The position numbers and the translations under genes were made by a program. A stretch of 64,000 nt of DNA from Acidimicrobiia bacterium (lineage in GTDB: Bacteria; Actinomycetota; Acidimicrobiia; Spongiisociales; ZC4RG35). Positions 1 through 10,315 of the stretch are shown piece after piece. Position 1 is the first letter of the stretch, and each line of letters starts with the position of its first letter. The stretch lies in NCBI GenBank assembly GCA_965203555.1, contig CBDBCY010000004.1:2624001-2688000 (forward strand), read 5' to 3'. A model generated the notes under the pieces. It searched no databases, was not told the DNA's origin, and saw only the letters and a program-made list of their open reading frames with translations.

Positions 1-1
1 G

Positions 2-1003
2 GTGACCGGATCGGTTACCGCCCTGGCTTCCCGGCTGGTGATCAAGGGCGAGGTAGGTGGGTCGGTGGTTGCCGGGGCAGCCGATGTGACCGTCACCGGC
101 CAGGTGGGAGGTGATGTGGTGGTGGGAACGCTGGACCTTCAAGTGAATGGAGCAGTGGGAAGAGACATTCTGGCCGCTGCCTGGTCGGGTAGTGCGGCAG
201 GGGAGGTCGGGAGGGATTTGAGAGGTCTCTTCCGGTACCTGGACCTCGGCGGGGAGATCGGAGGAGACGTGGAGATCCGGGCGAGTCGGCTCGGCGCCGG
301 GGAGCGGCTGTCCGTTCGGGGAGACATGGACTACCAGGCTGCGCGCCTGTCCGGGCAGGAGTACTTGGAGAGCAACGTGGCAGGTACACTGGTCAACCGC
401 CGAGCGCTTCCACCCAACATACGGATACGGGCCTTTCGACTGATGGCCATCCTGTTCGCGTCGCTGCTGGTCTTGGTCGCAGGGTTGGTTGTCGTGCGTC
501 TGGCGTCCTCTCTGGTCGAGGCAGCCGCGCAGCGGGCGATCAAAAAGCCTTGGCGCAGTCTCGGTAAGGGCCTGATCGTCGCCGTGTCGCCCCTGGTGGG
601 CCTGGCAGCGATGTTGATGGTCGTGGTATGGCTTCCGCTCTACATCTGGGGGCCGTTGCTGATAGGTGGAGTTCCGTTTCTGGCCATTGCGGCGGGAGGT
701 TGGTTGCTGGCGTTGCTTGTCTCCCATATACCGGTGGCGGTGGCTACGGGACGAATGCTTGGTAAGGTCTTAGGCCGCGAATGGGATACTGCAGTGGCCT
801 ATACGGTCGGTGCGGTTGCCTATTTGTCAGCATTGCAGATTCCGGTGTTGGGGTTGCCGTTGGTAGCGACCGCTACGGTCCTGGGAGCAGGGGGGTGGAT
901 GGGAAAAGGACGCCGAAGTTCTGCGATTCACCCCCAGTCCCAGGGTCGTATTCGAAAGCGAGAGGATTTGGCATCGACGGGGGATCCCCGTCTTTCGGAA
1001 TGA
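2..1003 (+). CDS. Membrane protein with N-terminal bactofilin/polymer-forming-like beta-solenoid repeats (5' truncated by window edge)
   Basis: Repeated (V/I)xG(E/D)VGG(D/S)V units followed by about 5 hydrophobic helices. Confidence 0.65.
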   Translation: MTGSVTALASRLVIKGEVGGSVVAGAADVTVTGQVGGDVVVGTLDLQVNGAVGRDILAAAWSGSAAGEVGRDLRGLFRYLDLGGEIGGDVEIRASRLGAGERLSVRGDMDYQAARLSGQEYLESNVAGTLVNRRALPPNIRIRAFRLMAILFASLLVLVAGLVVVRLASSLVEAAAQRAIKKPWRSLGKGLIVAVSPLVGLAAMLMVVVWLPLYIWGPLLIGGVPFLAIAAGGWLLALLVSHIPVAVATGRMLGKVLGREWDTAVAYTVGAVAYLSALQIPVLGLPLVATATVLGAGGWMGKGRRSSAIHPQSQGRIRKREDLASTGDPRLSE

Positions 1004-1043
1004 CTCTGCAGCGTCGGCGGCGAGCCGCCTTGCACATGTCTTG

Positions 1044-2123
1044 TCAGCTGGCGGCCAACAGATTCTTCAGTTCATCGCAGAGGCGGTCGGTGTCGTCCTG
1101 GTCCACTCCGATGTGGGTCACGATTCGGATCCGCCGTTCCCCGAAGGCGCCCACCAGGCAACCCCGGGAGAGCAACCGGTCGGCAAGTTCGGCGGCGGTG
1201 GGGCCGTGCGGGGATATGTCGAAGATCACGATGTTGGTGTCGGCCGGCAGGACGTTTTCCACCAGTGGCAGGTCTTCCAATGTCGACGCGATCTGGGCGG
1301 CGTGTCGGTGATCGTCCGCCAGTCGCTCCACGTTGTGATCGAGAGCGTAGAGGCAGAGGGCCGCCATGAATCCGGACTGTCGCAGGCCCCCCCCCAACAG
1401 CTGCCTGAGGCGCCAGGCTCGCTGGATGAATCCCTCGGAACCGACCAGGAGAGCGCCGAAGGGACAACCCAGGCCCTTGGTGAAGCAGATGGTGACGGAA
1501 TCGTATCCGTGGGCGTAGTCCGCGGCCGAGATGCCGGTTTTGACCACCGCGTTCATCAGGCGAGCGCCATCCAGGTGGGTGGCGATCCCCGCCTCGGCCG
1601 CCACTGCGGCCACCTCCCTCAACCTCTGCAGCGGCCAGACTGCGCCACCACCGAAGTTGGCAGTCTGCTCAACCACCACCAGTGAGGTCTCGGGAATGTA
1701 CAGGTTGCCCTTGGGTCGCAAAGCGGCCGTGACCTGCTCGGGACTGAACATGCCGTTGTGGCCGTCCACCATGTGGGTCTGCACTCCTGCCAGAAGACCG
1801 GGGCCGCCGCCCTCGAAGTTCAATATGTGCGAGGACCTTTCACATATCATTTCCTCCCCCCGGCGGCAATGAATCGCAACGGCTATCTCGTTGGCCATGG
1901 TTGCCGAAGGCATGAATAGGGCGTCTTCCTTGCCGAGAAGCTCAGCCGTCCGCTCCAAAAGCCTGGTCGTCGTCGGGTCCTCCCCCTTTTGCTCGTCGCC
2001 GAGAGGTGCGTCCATTGCGGCTTCTCGCATCTCCCGGGAAGGCATGGATTTGGTGTCGCTATAGAAGTCGGCGATACCCGGCGGCAACGGGCCTGCCTTC
2101 TTACCTCCGAAGGTACCTGCCAT
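1044..2123 (-). CDS. ltaE: PLP-dependent low-specificity L-threonine aldolase family protein, copy 1
   Basis: xSDT, GDE..GEDPT, HLDGARL and CFTKGLG (PLP lysine) motifs, C-terminal RIRIVTH. Confidence 0.85.
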   Translation of the reverse strand: MAGTFGGKKAGPLPPGIADFYSDTKSMPSREMREAAMDAPLGDEQKGEDPTTTRLLERTAELLGKEDALFMPSATMANEIAVAIHCRRGEEMICERSSHILNFEGGGPGLLAGVQTHMVDGHNGMFSPEQVTAALRPKGNLYIPETSLVVVEQTANFGGGAVWPLQRLREVAAVAAEAGIATHLDGARLMNAVVKTGISAADYAHGYDSVTICFTKGLGCPFGALLVGSEGFIQRAWRLRQLLGGGLRQSGFMAALCLYALDHNVERLADDHRHAAQIASTLEDLPLVENVLPADTNIVIFDISPHGPTAAELADRLLSRGCLVGAFGERRIRIVTHIGVDQDDTDRLCDELKNLLAAS

Positions 2124-2318
2124 TTTCTACTCCCTTTCTCGAGGCTCCGTCACCGCATGATCTTGCCAGAGCGCAGTTTACCGGTTCGGGAACCCACACT
2201 CGGTTGAGAGAGGACCAAGGCGGGCGCGATCATTGAAATCGTTGCCGCGGAGGGCACGAACCTTCCCGGCACGGAGGCGGAAGCCTAGAGTGCTGAACAT
2301 GCTGAGGACCCCGTTCTG

Positions 2319-3398
2319 TCAGAGGGGGGTGAGAAGAGTCTCCAACTCCGCGCACAGGCGATCGGTGTCATCCTGATCGACTCCCAGGTGGGTCACGATT
2401 CGTATCCGCCTCTCGCCGAAGGCGCCAACTGCGAAGCCCCGGGAGAGCAACTCGGCGACCAGTTCGGCTGAAGTCGGACCCTGTGGGGAAATGGTGAAAA
2501 TCACGATATTGGTGTCTGCCGGCAGAACGGTGTCCACCAGCTCCAGGCCTTCCAGGAACGATGCAATCTGATCGGCGCGGCGATGATCGTCCGCCAATCG
2601 CTCCACGTAGTGATCGAGGGCGTACAGGCAGAGGGCCGCCATGAACCCGGACTGTCGCAGTCCTCCTCCGATGAGTTGCCGAAGGCGCCAGGCCCGCTGG
2701 ATGAACTCCTCGGAGCCGGCCAGCGCCGCCCCGAACGGACTGCCGAGTCCCTTCGAGAAGCAGAGGGTGACGGAGTCATAGCCCTCTGAATACTCACTGG
2801 CCGAGATGCCGGTCTTGACCACCGCGTTCATCAATCGAGCCCCGTCCAGATGAGTGGCGATTCCGGCCTCGGCGGCTACGTCGGCCACCTCTCTCATTTG
2901 CTGCAGGGGCCAGATCGCGCCGCCTCCCATGTTGGCGGTCTGCTCCACGGACACCATCGAGGTCTCGGGAATGTACAGGTTGCCCTTGGGTCGCAGAGCT
3001 GCGACAACCTGCTCGGGGCCGAACATGCCGTTGTGACCGTCCACCATGTGGGTCTGCACTCCCGCCAAAAGTCCCGGGCCGCCGGCTTCGAAGTTGACTA
3101 TGTGCGAGTTGCGTTCGCAGATGATCTCGTCGCCGGGGCGGCAATGGACCGCAATGGCGATCTCGTTGGCCATGGTTGCCGCCGGCATGAACAGCGCGTC
3201 CTCCTTGCCGAGCAGTTCGGCCGTTCGCTCCAACAGCCTGGTCGTGGTCGGATCTTCGCCCTTCTGCTCGTCGCCCAGGGGTGCGTCCAGCGCTGCTTCC
3301 CGCATCTCGCGGGGAGGTATCGACTTGCCGTCACTGTAGAAATCAGCGGTGCCCGGCGGCAATGGGGTTGCTTTCTTTCCTCCGTAGGTGCCCGCCAT
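2319..3398 (-). CDS. ltaE: Threonine aldolase family protein, copy 2 (tandem paralog)
   Basis: Same length (359 aa) and motifs as 1044..2123; about 31 differences in the first ~220 aa by manual count. Confidence 0.85.
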   Translation of the reverse strand: MAGTYGGKKATPLPPGTADFYSDGKSIPPREMREAALDAPLGDEQKGEDPTTTRLLERTAELLGKEDALFMPAATMANEIAIAVHCRPGDEIICERNSHIVNFEAGGPGLLAGVQTHMVDGHNGMFGPEQVVAALRPKGNLYIPETSMVSVEQTANMGGGAIWPLQQMREVADVAAEAGIATHLDGARLMNAVVKTGISASEYSEGYDSVTLCFSKGLGSPFGAALAGSEEFIQRAWRLRQLIGGGLRQSGFMAALCLYALDHYVERLADDHRRADQIASFLEGLELVDTVLPADTNIVIFTISPQGPTSAELVAELLSRGFAVGAFGERRIRIVTHLGVDQDDTDRLCAELETLLTPL

Positions 3399-3529
3399 TT
3401 CTTGGCCGCCTTTCTGCGATAGGGGTCACTACATATGCCTTGTCCATAGCATCATACGGGGATTCGATGGTCGTCGTCCATCCCCGGATTGCTTTTGGGC
3501 GGCTCTCGGCCAAGCACTCCTCGGTCTCT

Positions 3530-4888
3530 CTAGACCATCGGCCACGGCGACGGGAACCCGATTCCCGTTACTTTTCGTATCCGTTTGCCGACGTTCTCAA
3601 CCTGCCGTATCAACTCCCATAGATCATCCACAAACCGCGGCTTGCCTGCCTCCACCACCACCCTGCCTTCGACAATCACCGTATCTACCGAATCGCCGGT
3701 GCTCGAGTACACAAGATTCCGGACCGGATCAATCAAGGAACGCCACTCGGGGCGTCGGGTGTCGAAAAGAACCAGATCACCTTTCCTGCCCACCTCAATG
3801 GCGCCCAACGAATCGCGGGCCTGCAAGGCAGCGGCGCCGGTTCGGGTTGCCAGCTCAAGTGCCGTCTCGGCCGGTATGAGGCGCCGATCACCGCGAACGT
3901 CCTTGTAAACGGTTGCCGCCAGGTTCATGCAGCGCACCATGTCCGAGAAGTTGGAACTGTTGACAGAGTCCGTTCCCAGGGATACCGGTACGCCCGCGTC
4001 CAACAACTCGGGAAGTCTTCCCCCTCTACCGGTGTTGGCGCCGCCTTTCATCACTGTGCTGGGACAGATCACGACCCCTGCCCCGGATCCGGCAATGAGT
4101 TCTATTTCGAGTTCGGTCAGGTTCATGCAGTGAGAGAGCACAATGTTGGGAGCAAGAATCCCCAGCTCCGCAAGTCGCTCGGTCGGCGTAGGTCCTGTCT
4201 CCCCGGCGCCGCCCGAGTGATGGAGCGTCAGGGCGGTGCCGTATCGATCGGCGATCTTCTTGGCGCCGACCAGAAGCTCAGGAGTACAGAAGTTGAGGGA
4301 AAACGGCATGGCCCAGGCCCGCACCCGTCCTGACAGGCATCCATCCAGTTCCTTGACAGAAGCCTCCAAGCGTTCCAGGGCATCGCGTGTGTCATAGACC
4401 GGAAGATTCAACTCGTTCTCCCGATCCTGGACCTGTTCACCGGTCACCACCCGGCATCCGGCCTTCTCATAGGCAGCCAGGCACGCCTCCGGGTGTTTGG
4501 TGGTGCCCGGATCGACGAAGGTCGTGGTTCCCGTCCGGAGCAGTTCCGCCAAGCCGAGCAATGTGGTCAGGTACTCTTCCTCCTCGTTCATCACCGATTG
4601 CATGGCGAACACATGCTTCAACCGGTTGGGGACGTCATCGGGGAAGATGCCGCGGACAGAATGGGCATAGCTGATGTGCATGTGTCCATTCACGAACCCG
4701 GGGGTGACGACCATGCCGGTTGCGTCGATGGTCCGCTCCGCTTGGACCCCGCCCAATTCGTGGGCTTTGCCGACGTGGGTGATCTGTCCATCTCGGACCA
4801 CGACCGAGCCGTTTCGGATGATCCGCCTTCCGTCATCGACGGTTATGACGAATCCAGCCTTGTCGATCTTGAGGCTCGAACCCGTCAC
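3530..4888 (-). CDS. Metal-dependent amidohydrolase (MTA/SAH deaminase / Atz-Trz-like subgroup)
   Basis: PGFVNGHMH (HxH), GTTTFVD, SHC, LGTDS and GAIEVGRKGDLV motifs. Confidence 0.85.
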   Translation of the reverse strand: MTGSSLKIDKAGFVITVDDGRRIIRNGSVVVRDGQITHVGKAHELGGVQAERTIDATGMVVTPGFVNGHMHISYAHSVRGIFPDDVPNRLKHVFAMQSVMNEEEEYLTTLLGLAELLRTGTTTFVDPGTTKHPEACLAAYEKAGCRVVTGEQVQDRENELNLPVYDTRDALERLEASVKELDGCLSGRVRAWAMPFSLNFCTPELLVGAKKIADRYGTALTLHHSGGAGETGPTPTERLAELGILAPNIVLSHCMNLTELEIELIAGSGAGVVICPSTVMKGGANTGRGGRLPELLDAGVPVSLGTDSVNSSNFSDMVRCMNLAATVYKDVRGDRRLIPAETALELATRTGAAALQARDSLGAIEVGRKGDLVLFDTRRPEWRSLIDPVRNLVYSSTGDSVDTVIVEGRVVVEAGKPRFVDDLWELIRQVENVGKRIRKVTGIGFPSPWPMV

Positions 4889-4993
4889 GCTGTTTTCCCT
4901 TCGCCCCGGCTCCCAGCTCCCCTGATTCCCGGCATGAATCGCCGCGAGACGGAAGTGGCCTGCAATCTGCGTTTCAACGCAGCCGTTCCCCGA

Positions 4994-6346
4994 TCAACGT
5001 CTGGCTCCCTGCTTCGCCAACTCTCCCGTGTTCACCAGGTTTCGCGCCGACAGATACTCGGGGTCATCATAACGGTTGAGAAGAAACAACTCCGAGTAGT
5101 CGGGGAGGTCGCTGCCGGCGATATAGCAGCCGACCAGTTCAGCGGCGCCCGTGCAAATCATCACCCCGTATCCCGACATCCCCGTAACCAGATAGAACCC
5201 CTCGGGGCCTGCCGGTCCGATAAGGGGAAGGTTCTCCGGCGTTTTCATCACCCATCCGCCGTCAACCACCGAGTAGGGCAAGTGATGACGATAACGGCTC
5301 AGAGAGGGCATCATCGTGGCCATTCCGCGCATGACCGCCTCGGGAAACATGAAGTCCGGCGCCGGCGCAGGCCAGGTTGGCCGATCTTGAACGACGGGCC
5401 GGTAATTCCAGAGAGCTTCGAAAAAGGGTGAGTCGGCCCCTCCCTCCGGCCGACCGAAGACCGGCGTGGCGATCTCCTCCAGCAACTCGTTGAACCCTGC
5501 ACCGGTCAGGGCAGATCTCTCTTCGTCACTCCAGTCGATAGTTACAGGATCGGTCCACAGGAGCATTGGAGCGTCACGGGGAAACGCTCCGAGGTGGTCC
5601 CTGAATGACACCTTGTGGTGAAGCGATGCGTGCAGGGGCAGTTCCACTCCCACCAGGCGCGCCAACTGAGGCGACATCGGCCCGGCGGCATTGATCACGG
5701 CCGGTGTCGAAATTCGCTGGCCTGACCGTAGTAAGGCGCTTGACACCTTTCCCCGTACGGTCCTTATGTCAACCACCTCATCTAGGACAACCTCTGCTCC
5801 GTGGCGCCTTGCCTCCTCCAGCATGAAGGCCCCCAGTTGCTGGGCGCTGAGCCATCCCCCTCGTCGAACGAACAAAGCACCCATTGCTCTGTCGCTCAGG
5901 TAAGGAAACCGGCTCAGCAAAGCTTCGGGAGTCTGGTAGATGTCGAATCCCCTCTCTTCCCCGGGGGGGTCGCCAGGCTGCCGGTTGATTCGCACGGGTC
6001 CTGCGCCGAACTCCGAACTCGCCTGCGCCGCCCTCGTGAGGGATGCCAATTGCTCAGGATCACCGGTTAGGAACAGGTATCCCCTCCGTGACATGTTGAA
6101 GAAGTTGTTTGATTGGTACTTGAGGACCTCGAGAATGTCAATGGAGCGATTGGTCAGGTCAACCATCGGCCTGTTGGGGAAAAAGTTGCGATAGCACTCC
6201 GATGACTTGTCGGAGGTGAGCGACAGTGGAGGACGGGGATCAACGACAGTCACTTTGTCCACGCCCCGTGTCGCTGCCAACTCGTAGCAAGTGGCGACAC
6301 CCGCGATACCGGCGCCAACCACAACCGCCCCAGCTTGCTGCGCCAT
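4994..6346 (-). CDS. FAD-dependent oxidoreductase, DAO/sarcosine oxidase beta-like
   Basis: N-terminal VVGAGIAG, INAAGP, TPENLPLIG and GMSGYG motifs. Confidence 0.85.
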   Translation of the reverse strand: MAQQAGAVVVGAGIAGVATCYELAATRGVDKVTVVDPRPPLSLTSDKSSECYRNFFPNRPMVDLTNRSIDILEVLKYQSNNFFNMSRRGYLFLTGDPEQLASLTRAAQASSEFGAGPVRINRQPGDPPGEERGFDIYQTPEALLSRFPYLSDRAMGALFVRRGGWLSAQQLGAFMLEEARRHGAEVVLDEVVDIRTVRGKVSSALLRSGQRISTPAVINAAGPMSPQLARLVGVELPLHASLHHKVSFRDHLGAFPRDAPMLLWTDPVTIDWSDEERSALTGAGFNELLEEIATPVFGRPEGGADSPFFEALWNYRPVVQDRPTWPAPAPDFMFPEAVMRGMATMMPSLSRYRHHLPYSVVDGGWVMKTPENLPLIGPAGPEGFYLVTGMSGYGVMICTGAAELVGCYIAGSDLPDYSELFLLNRYDDPEYLSARNLVNTGELAKQGARR

Positions 6347-6619
6347 TCTTACTGCTTCCCGAAAGTTTCGCCTGCGGCCACCTGCAGGACGGCATAGACC
6401 GCTGCCGGTTGATCGATCATCGGTTGGAACACACTTGCCATCGCAGACTCACGCGCTCAAACGATACTTGGGTCCACTCCCGAGGCGTCCGCAGCAGCGG
6501 CTGTTTGACTGCAAGTCGTCTGGTTACTGTCAACCGTCGAGAAGCCAACGGGTGATGCTTGCACTCTCTGTGGTTGCCTTGGTTCAGGGTGTCACTGAGG
6601 TGTCGTCAAAAGGAAATAG

Positions 6620-6635
6620 TTGCAATCGCTTGCGA
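6620..6635. promoter_or_regulatory. Candidate LacI-type operator in the divergent intergenic region
   Basis: TTGCAATCGCTTGCGA is a near-palindrome with central CG, resembling the TGnAAnCGnTTnCA pattern. Confidence 0.4.
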
Positions 6636-6773
6636 TAGCGACAATTGCCAATTAGTGTTTTCTGAAAGCTGTAGATGCTCTATGGGAGCAGTGTGGCGAA
6701 AGGAAAGGTCTTTCGCCATTGACCATCAAAGACCCCCTGTGCCAAGCGGGGATTAGAAAGGAGTAGCAAGAAC

Positions 6774-8378
6774 ATGAACAGAATCAGACGAGGAGGCGGA
6801 AGATGGCTGGCGTTGGTAGCGGTGCTTGCACTGGTGCTGGCCGCCTGCGGGCAGGATGACCCCGCCCCGACCACCGAGGCGCCGCCAGCCACCGAGGCGC
6901 CGACCACCACGGCGGCGCCGACCACCACGGCGGCGCCGACCACCACTGCCGCGCCGGAGCCGGAGAGTGTTGGAATAGTGATCGGTCTGGGCACGGAGCC
7001 CGGATCACTCGATCCTCAAGCCGTTGACCAGTTCGCCATGTTCAACATCAATGACAACGTCTTCGACAAACTGGTGACACGTAATGCCGCTGGCGACCTG
7101 GTGCCTGGAGTAGCTACTGACACGGGAACTCCCATAGACGACACCACCTGGCAATACACGGTGCAAGAAGGGGTCACCTTCCACAACGGAGAGCCTCTCA
7201 ATGCCGATGCCGTGGTGCACAGCGTCCTTCGCATTATCGATCCGGACTATCCGACACCGCTCAAGGACAACCTCGGAACGCTGGTGGGTGCGGAGAAGGT
7301 GGACGAGCACACGGTGAACATTCTCACCAGCGGTCCTGATCCGCTAATTCCGACCAGGATGACCCTGCTGTACCTGGTTCCTCCCGAAGCATCCCAAGGC
7401 GAGGACTTTGGAGAGAATCCGGTGGGATCAGGTCCCTACAGGTTCGTATCCTGGGAGCGCGGCATTGCCGTCGAACTGGAGGCGAACCCCGACTACCGGG
7501 GTGACGCTCCGTCCGTAACCAATGCGCGGTACGTGTTCATCGAGGAATACGGGACGCGTCTTGCCGGGGTCCTCAACGACGAGATCGACCTCATGGTCGA
7601 CCTGCTGCCCGAGGACGCTGGAAGGGTGGCGCAATCTTGGAGCACTCCCACCGGGCTGAAGCAGTTCATCGTGTCCTTGAACGCTCGCGCCGGCAGTCCT
7701 GTTGAGGACGTGCGCGTCCGGCAGGCTCTCAACTATGCGGTGGACAAGGAGGCAATTGCCGAGGGACTGTTCTCGGGAATCGCTGAAATCCTCCAGGGGC
7801 AGATGCTGAATCCCAACTGGTTCGGATTCAATCCCGACCTCGACCCCTATCCGTACGATCCCGACCGCGCCCGCGCTTTGCTGGAGGATGCCGGCGCCAC
7901 CGGGCTGGAAATCCAACTTGTCTCCCTGGTGGGCAACTCGCTGCTCGACCGCGAGACCACCGAGGCGGTGGCGGCCTTCTGGAGCGAGGTGGGTGTGAAC
8001 GCCGAGATATTCATACCCGAGTTCTCCGAGTACATCGACCGCCTCATAGATCGCGAAAGTCGTCCCGACGCCATATTCGTACCGCATGACAACATCCTGT
8101 TCGACGGTGACCGGACGCTGTCGGCCTATTACCACTCTCAGGGTTGCTGCGGTTCCATGGACCCGTCAGAAGCGGATGATTGGATTGACAGCGGAAGAAC
8201 GGAGATCGACCAGGCCGAACGGCTGCGGCTCTACCAGGCTGTCGGTCAGCAGGGACACGACGAGGCATGGTATGTCTGGCTGGTCAGCATTCCCAACGTC
8301 TTTGCCGGGACAGACCGGATCGACTGGTCCGCCCGCGCCGACGGTTTGATCCACCTGGTGGACATAGCAGTCTCATAG
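6774..8378 (+). CDS. ABC transporter substrate-binding lipoprotein, family 5 (Dpp/Opp type)
   Basis: Lipobox LAAC, Thr/Ala/Pro linker, SLDP, TFHNGEPLNADAV, VGSGPY and DVRVRQALNYAVD; RBS AAAGGAG. Confidence 0.92.
   Translation: MNRIRRGGGRWLALVAVLALVLAACGQDDPAPTTEAPPATEAPTTTAAPTTTAAPTTTAAPEPESVGIVIGLGTEPGSLDPQAVDQFAMFNINDNVFDKLVTRNAAGDLVPGVATDTGTPIDDTTWQYTVQEGVTFHNGEPLNADAVVHSVLRIIDPDYPTPLKDNLGTLVGAEKVDEHTVNILTSGPDPLIPTRMTLLYLVPPEASQGEDFGENPVGSGPYRFVSWERGIAVELEANPDYRGDAPSVTNARYVFIEEYGTRLAGVLNDEIDLMVDLLPEDAGRVAQSWSTPTGLKQFIVSLNARAGSPVEDVRVRQALNYAVDKEAIAEGLFSGIAEILQGQMLNPNWFGFNPDLDPYPYDPDRARALLEDAGATGLEIQLVSLVGNSLLDRETTEAVAAFWSEVGVNAEIFIPEFSEYIDRLIDRESRPDAIFVPHDNILFDGDRTLSAYYHSQGCCGSMDPSEADDWIDSGRTEIDQAERLRLYQAVGQQGHDEAWYVWLVSIPNVFAGTDRIDWSARADGLIHLVDIAVS
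6868..6958 (+). repeat. 18-bp-period tandem repeat encoding APTTTA-like linker
   Basis: GCGCCGACCACCACGGCG repeated, with degenerate flanking copies. Confidence 0.8.
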
Positions 8379-8389
8379 GAACCGACTCA

Positions 8390-8437
8390 TTCGACACCGG
8401 GCGTATCATCGGAACGGGTGACGCGCCCGGTGTCGAA
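8390..8437 (+). terminator. Strong intergenic stem-loop after the SBP gene (mRNA stabiliser or partial terminator)
   Basis: Perfect 14-bp IR TTCGACACCGGGCG / CGCCCGGTGTCGAA; no U-tract. Confidence 0.6.
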
Positions 8438-8457
8438 GCAATGAGACTGGAGTAGCC

Positions 8458-9387
8458 ATGGGCCGGTACCTGCTGAAGCGCCTGTCCCAAGCGTTGCTGG
8501 TAGTGGTCTCGGTCATGGTGGTCGTGTTCATCGTGACGCGGCTCATCGGAGACCCGGTGGCGGTGATGCTGCCGCTGGAGGCCACGGAGGAGAATCGAGC
8601 AGTCCTGGAAGCCCAACTCGGTCTGGACAGACCGATCCTGGTCCAACTGGGCGATTACATTGCGGACGCGGTCCAACTGGATCTGGGCGACTCTCTGTGG
8701 CAACGACGCCCGGCCATCGACATCGTTCTGGAGCGATTGCCCCCGACCATTCTCCTGGTTGGGGCCGGCTTCGCCCTGGGGGTCCTGCTTGGCGCTGTGA
8801 TCGGGGTGGTCTCCGGAATGCGGCCTGGCGGGTGGGTGGATCGGGCTGCCGTAACCCTGGGTCTGCTCGGGGTTTCGCTCCCCCAGTTCTGGATCGGGTT
8901 GGTGTTGATCGTCTTCTTCAGTGTGGGTCTGGGGTGGTTTCCGACCTCCGGTTCGGGCGGCATCGAGTATCTGGTGCTTCCGGCGTTTGTGCTCGCCCTG
9001 CCGATAGTGGGACGTATCGCCCTGGTCACCAGGTCTTCGATGATCGACGAATTGAACGCCCAGCACGTCAAGGACGCCACTGCCCGGGGAGTTTCCCGGG
9101 CTCGCATCGTGATAGTCCATGCCTTCAAAGGCGCCGGAATCGCCACCATCACTATCGCAGGTTGGGAGTTGATCGGAGCGCTGGCCGGTGGAGCGGTGGT
9201 GGTCGAGACGGTGTACGCCTGGCCGGGGATCGGCTTCACCGCCATGCAGGCTATCGAGCGGCACGACATCATCCTCGTTCAGGCTGTGGTGTTCGTGGTG
9301 GCGATCATGGTGGTCACGATCAACGTCATTGTGGATGTGACCTACACGATGCTCGATCCCCGAGTCAAGTTCGATCGGGTGTCATGA
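8458..9387 (+). CDS. ABC permease, DppB/OppB type
   Basis: MGRYLLKRL, GDP, LGLDRP, EAA-like ATARGVS and LDPRV motifs. Confidence 0.92.
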   Translation: MGRYLLKRLSQALLVVVSVMVVVFIVTRLIGDPVAVMLPLEATEENRAVLEAQLGLDRPILVQLGDYIADAVQLDLGDSLWQRRPAIDIVLERLPPTILLVGAGFALGVLLGAVIGVVSGMRPGGWVDRAAVTLGLLGVSLPQFWIGLVLIVFFSVGLGWFPTSGSGGIEYLVLPAFVLALPIVGRIALVTRSSMIDELNAQHVKDATARGVSRARIVIVHAFKGAGIATITIAGWELIGALAGGAVVVETVYAWPGIGFTAMQAIERHDIILVQAVVFVVAIMVVTINVIVDVTYTMLDPRVKFDRVS

Positions 9388-10310
9388 GTTCGGTCTCCTC
9401 CGGCGCTCGGGACCACCGCCGGCGATCGGCGGCATGGCTCATGCGGATTGTTCGTGATCCCACCGCCCTGTTCGGAGTCCTTGTCCTGGTGTTGCTGGTT
9501 TCGACCGCCCTCTTCGCCCCCTTGATCGCTCCGCTCGACCCCAACAAGCAAGATCTGGGCGCCCGCCTGCTCCCTCCCTTCTATGCCGAGGGCGGCTCGT
9601 TCGAGCACATCCTCGGCACGGATCAACTTGGTCGGGACGTGTTTTCCCGGATCATCCACGGCGCCAGGATTTCCCTGACCATCCCCCTGGTGGCGGTCAC
9701 CATGGCCGGGGTTTTCGGGACCGCGGTGGGCCTGCTGGCCGGCTACCGGGGCGGAAGGACCGACTCGGTGATCATGCGCGTCGTCGACACGCTTTTCTCC
9801 TTCCCAGGCCTTCTCCTGGCGTTGACGATCCTGGCAGTGGTGGGGCCGAGTTTCTGGACGCTGGCGATCGTGCTTTCACTCCGGATTTGGATGGTGTTCG
9901 CCAGGATGACCCGGGGCCTCGTGCTCTCTGCGCGAGAAGCTGAGTACGTGGAGGCGGCGGAACTGATCGGCGCGTCGCCGGTCCGCATCATGATGCGCCA
10001 CATCGCCCCCAACCTCACCGCGCCGTTGCTGACCTTGGCGGTGCTCGAGTCGGCCCATGTGATCCTGTCGGAGGCCGCCCTCTCGTTTCTTGGGTTGGGC
10101 ATCCAACCACCCCAGACGTCGTGGGGATTGGACGTGGCGATCGGTCGACAGTACGTCTTCTCCGCTCCCTGGTTGATCATCTTTCCCGGACTGGCGATAG
10201 CGGTGGCGGTGCTGGGTATCAATCTCCTGGCCAGTTGGCTCAGAGTGGCGGCCGATCCCGAGGAAAGCGCCAAGCGGTTCGCGGCGGCAGCCGACGCCCC
10301 TGTCGGTTAG
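9384..10310 (+). CDS. ABC permease, DppC/OppC type
   Basis: ATGA overlap with upstream gene; HILGTDQLGRD, EYVEAAELIGAS and LSFLGLG motifs. Confidence 0.92.
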   Translation: MSSVSSGARDHRRRSAAWLMRIVRDPTALFGVLVLVLLVSTALFAPLIAPLDPNKQDLGARLLPPFYAEGGSFEHILGTDQLGRDVFSRIIHGARISLTIPLVAVTMAGVFGTAVGLLAGYRGGRTDSVIMRVVDTLFSFPGLLLALTILAVVGPSFWTLAIVLSLRIWMVFARMTRGLVLSAREAEYVEAAELIGASPVRIMMRHIAPNLTAPLLTLAVLESAHVILSEAALSFLGLGIQPPQTSWGLDVAIGRQYVFSAPWLIIFPGLAIAVAVLGINLLASWLRVAADPEESAKRFAAAADAPVG

Positions 10311-10315
10311 TCGGG

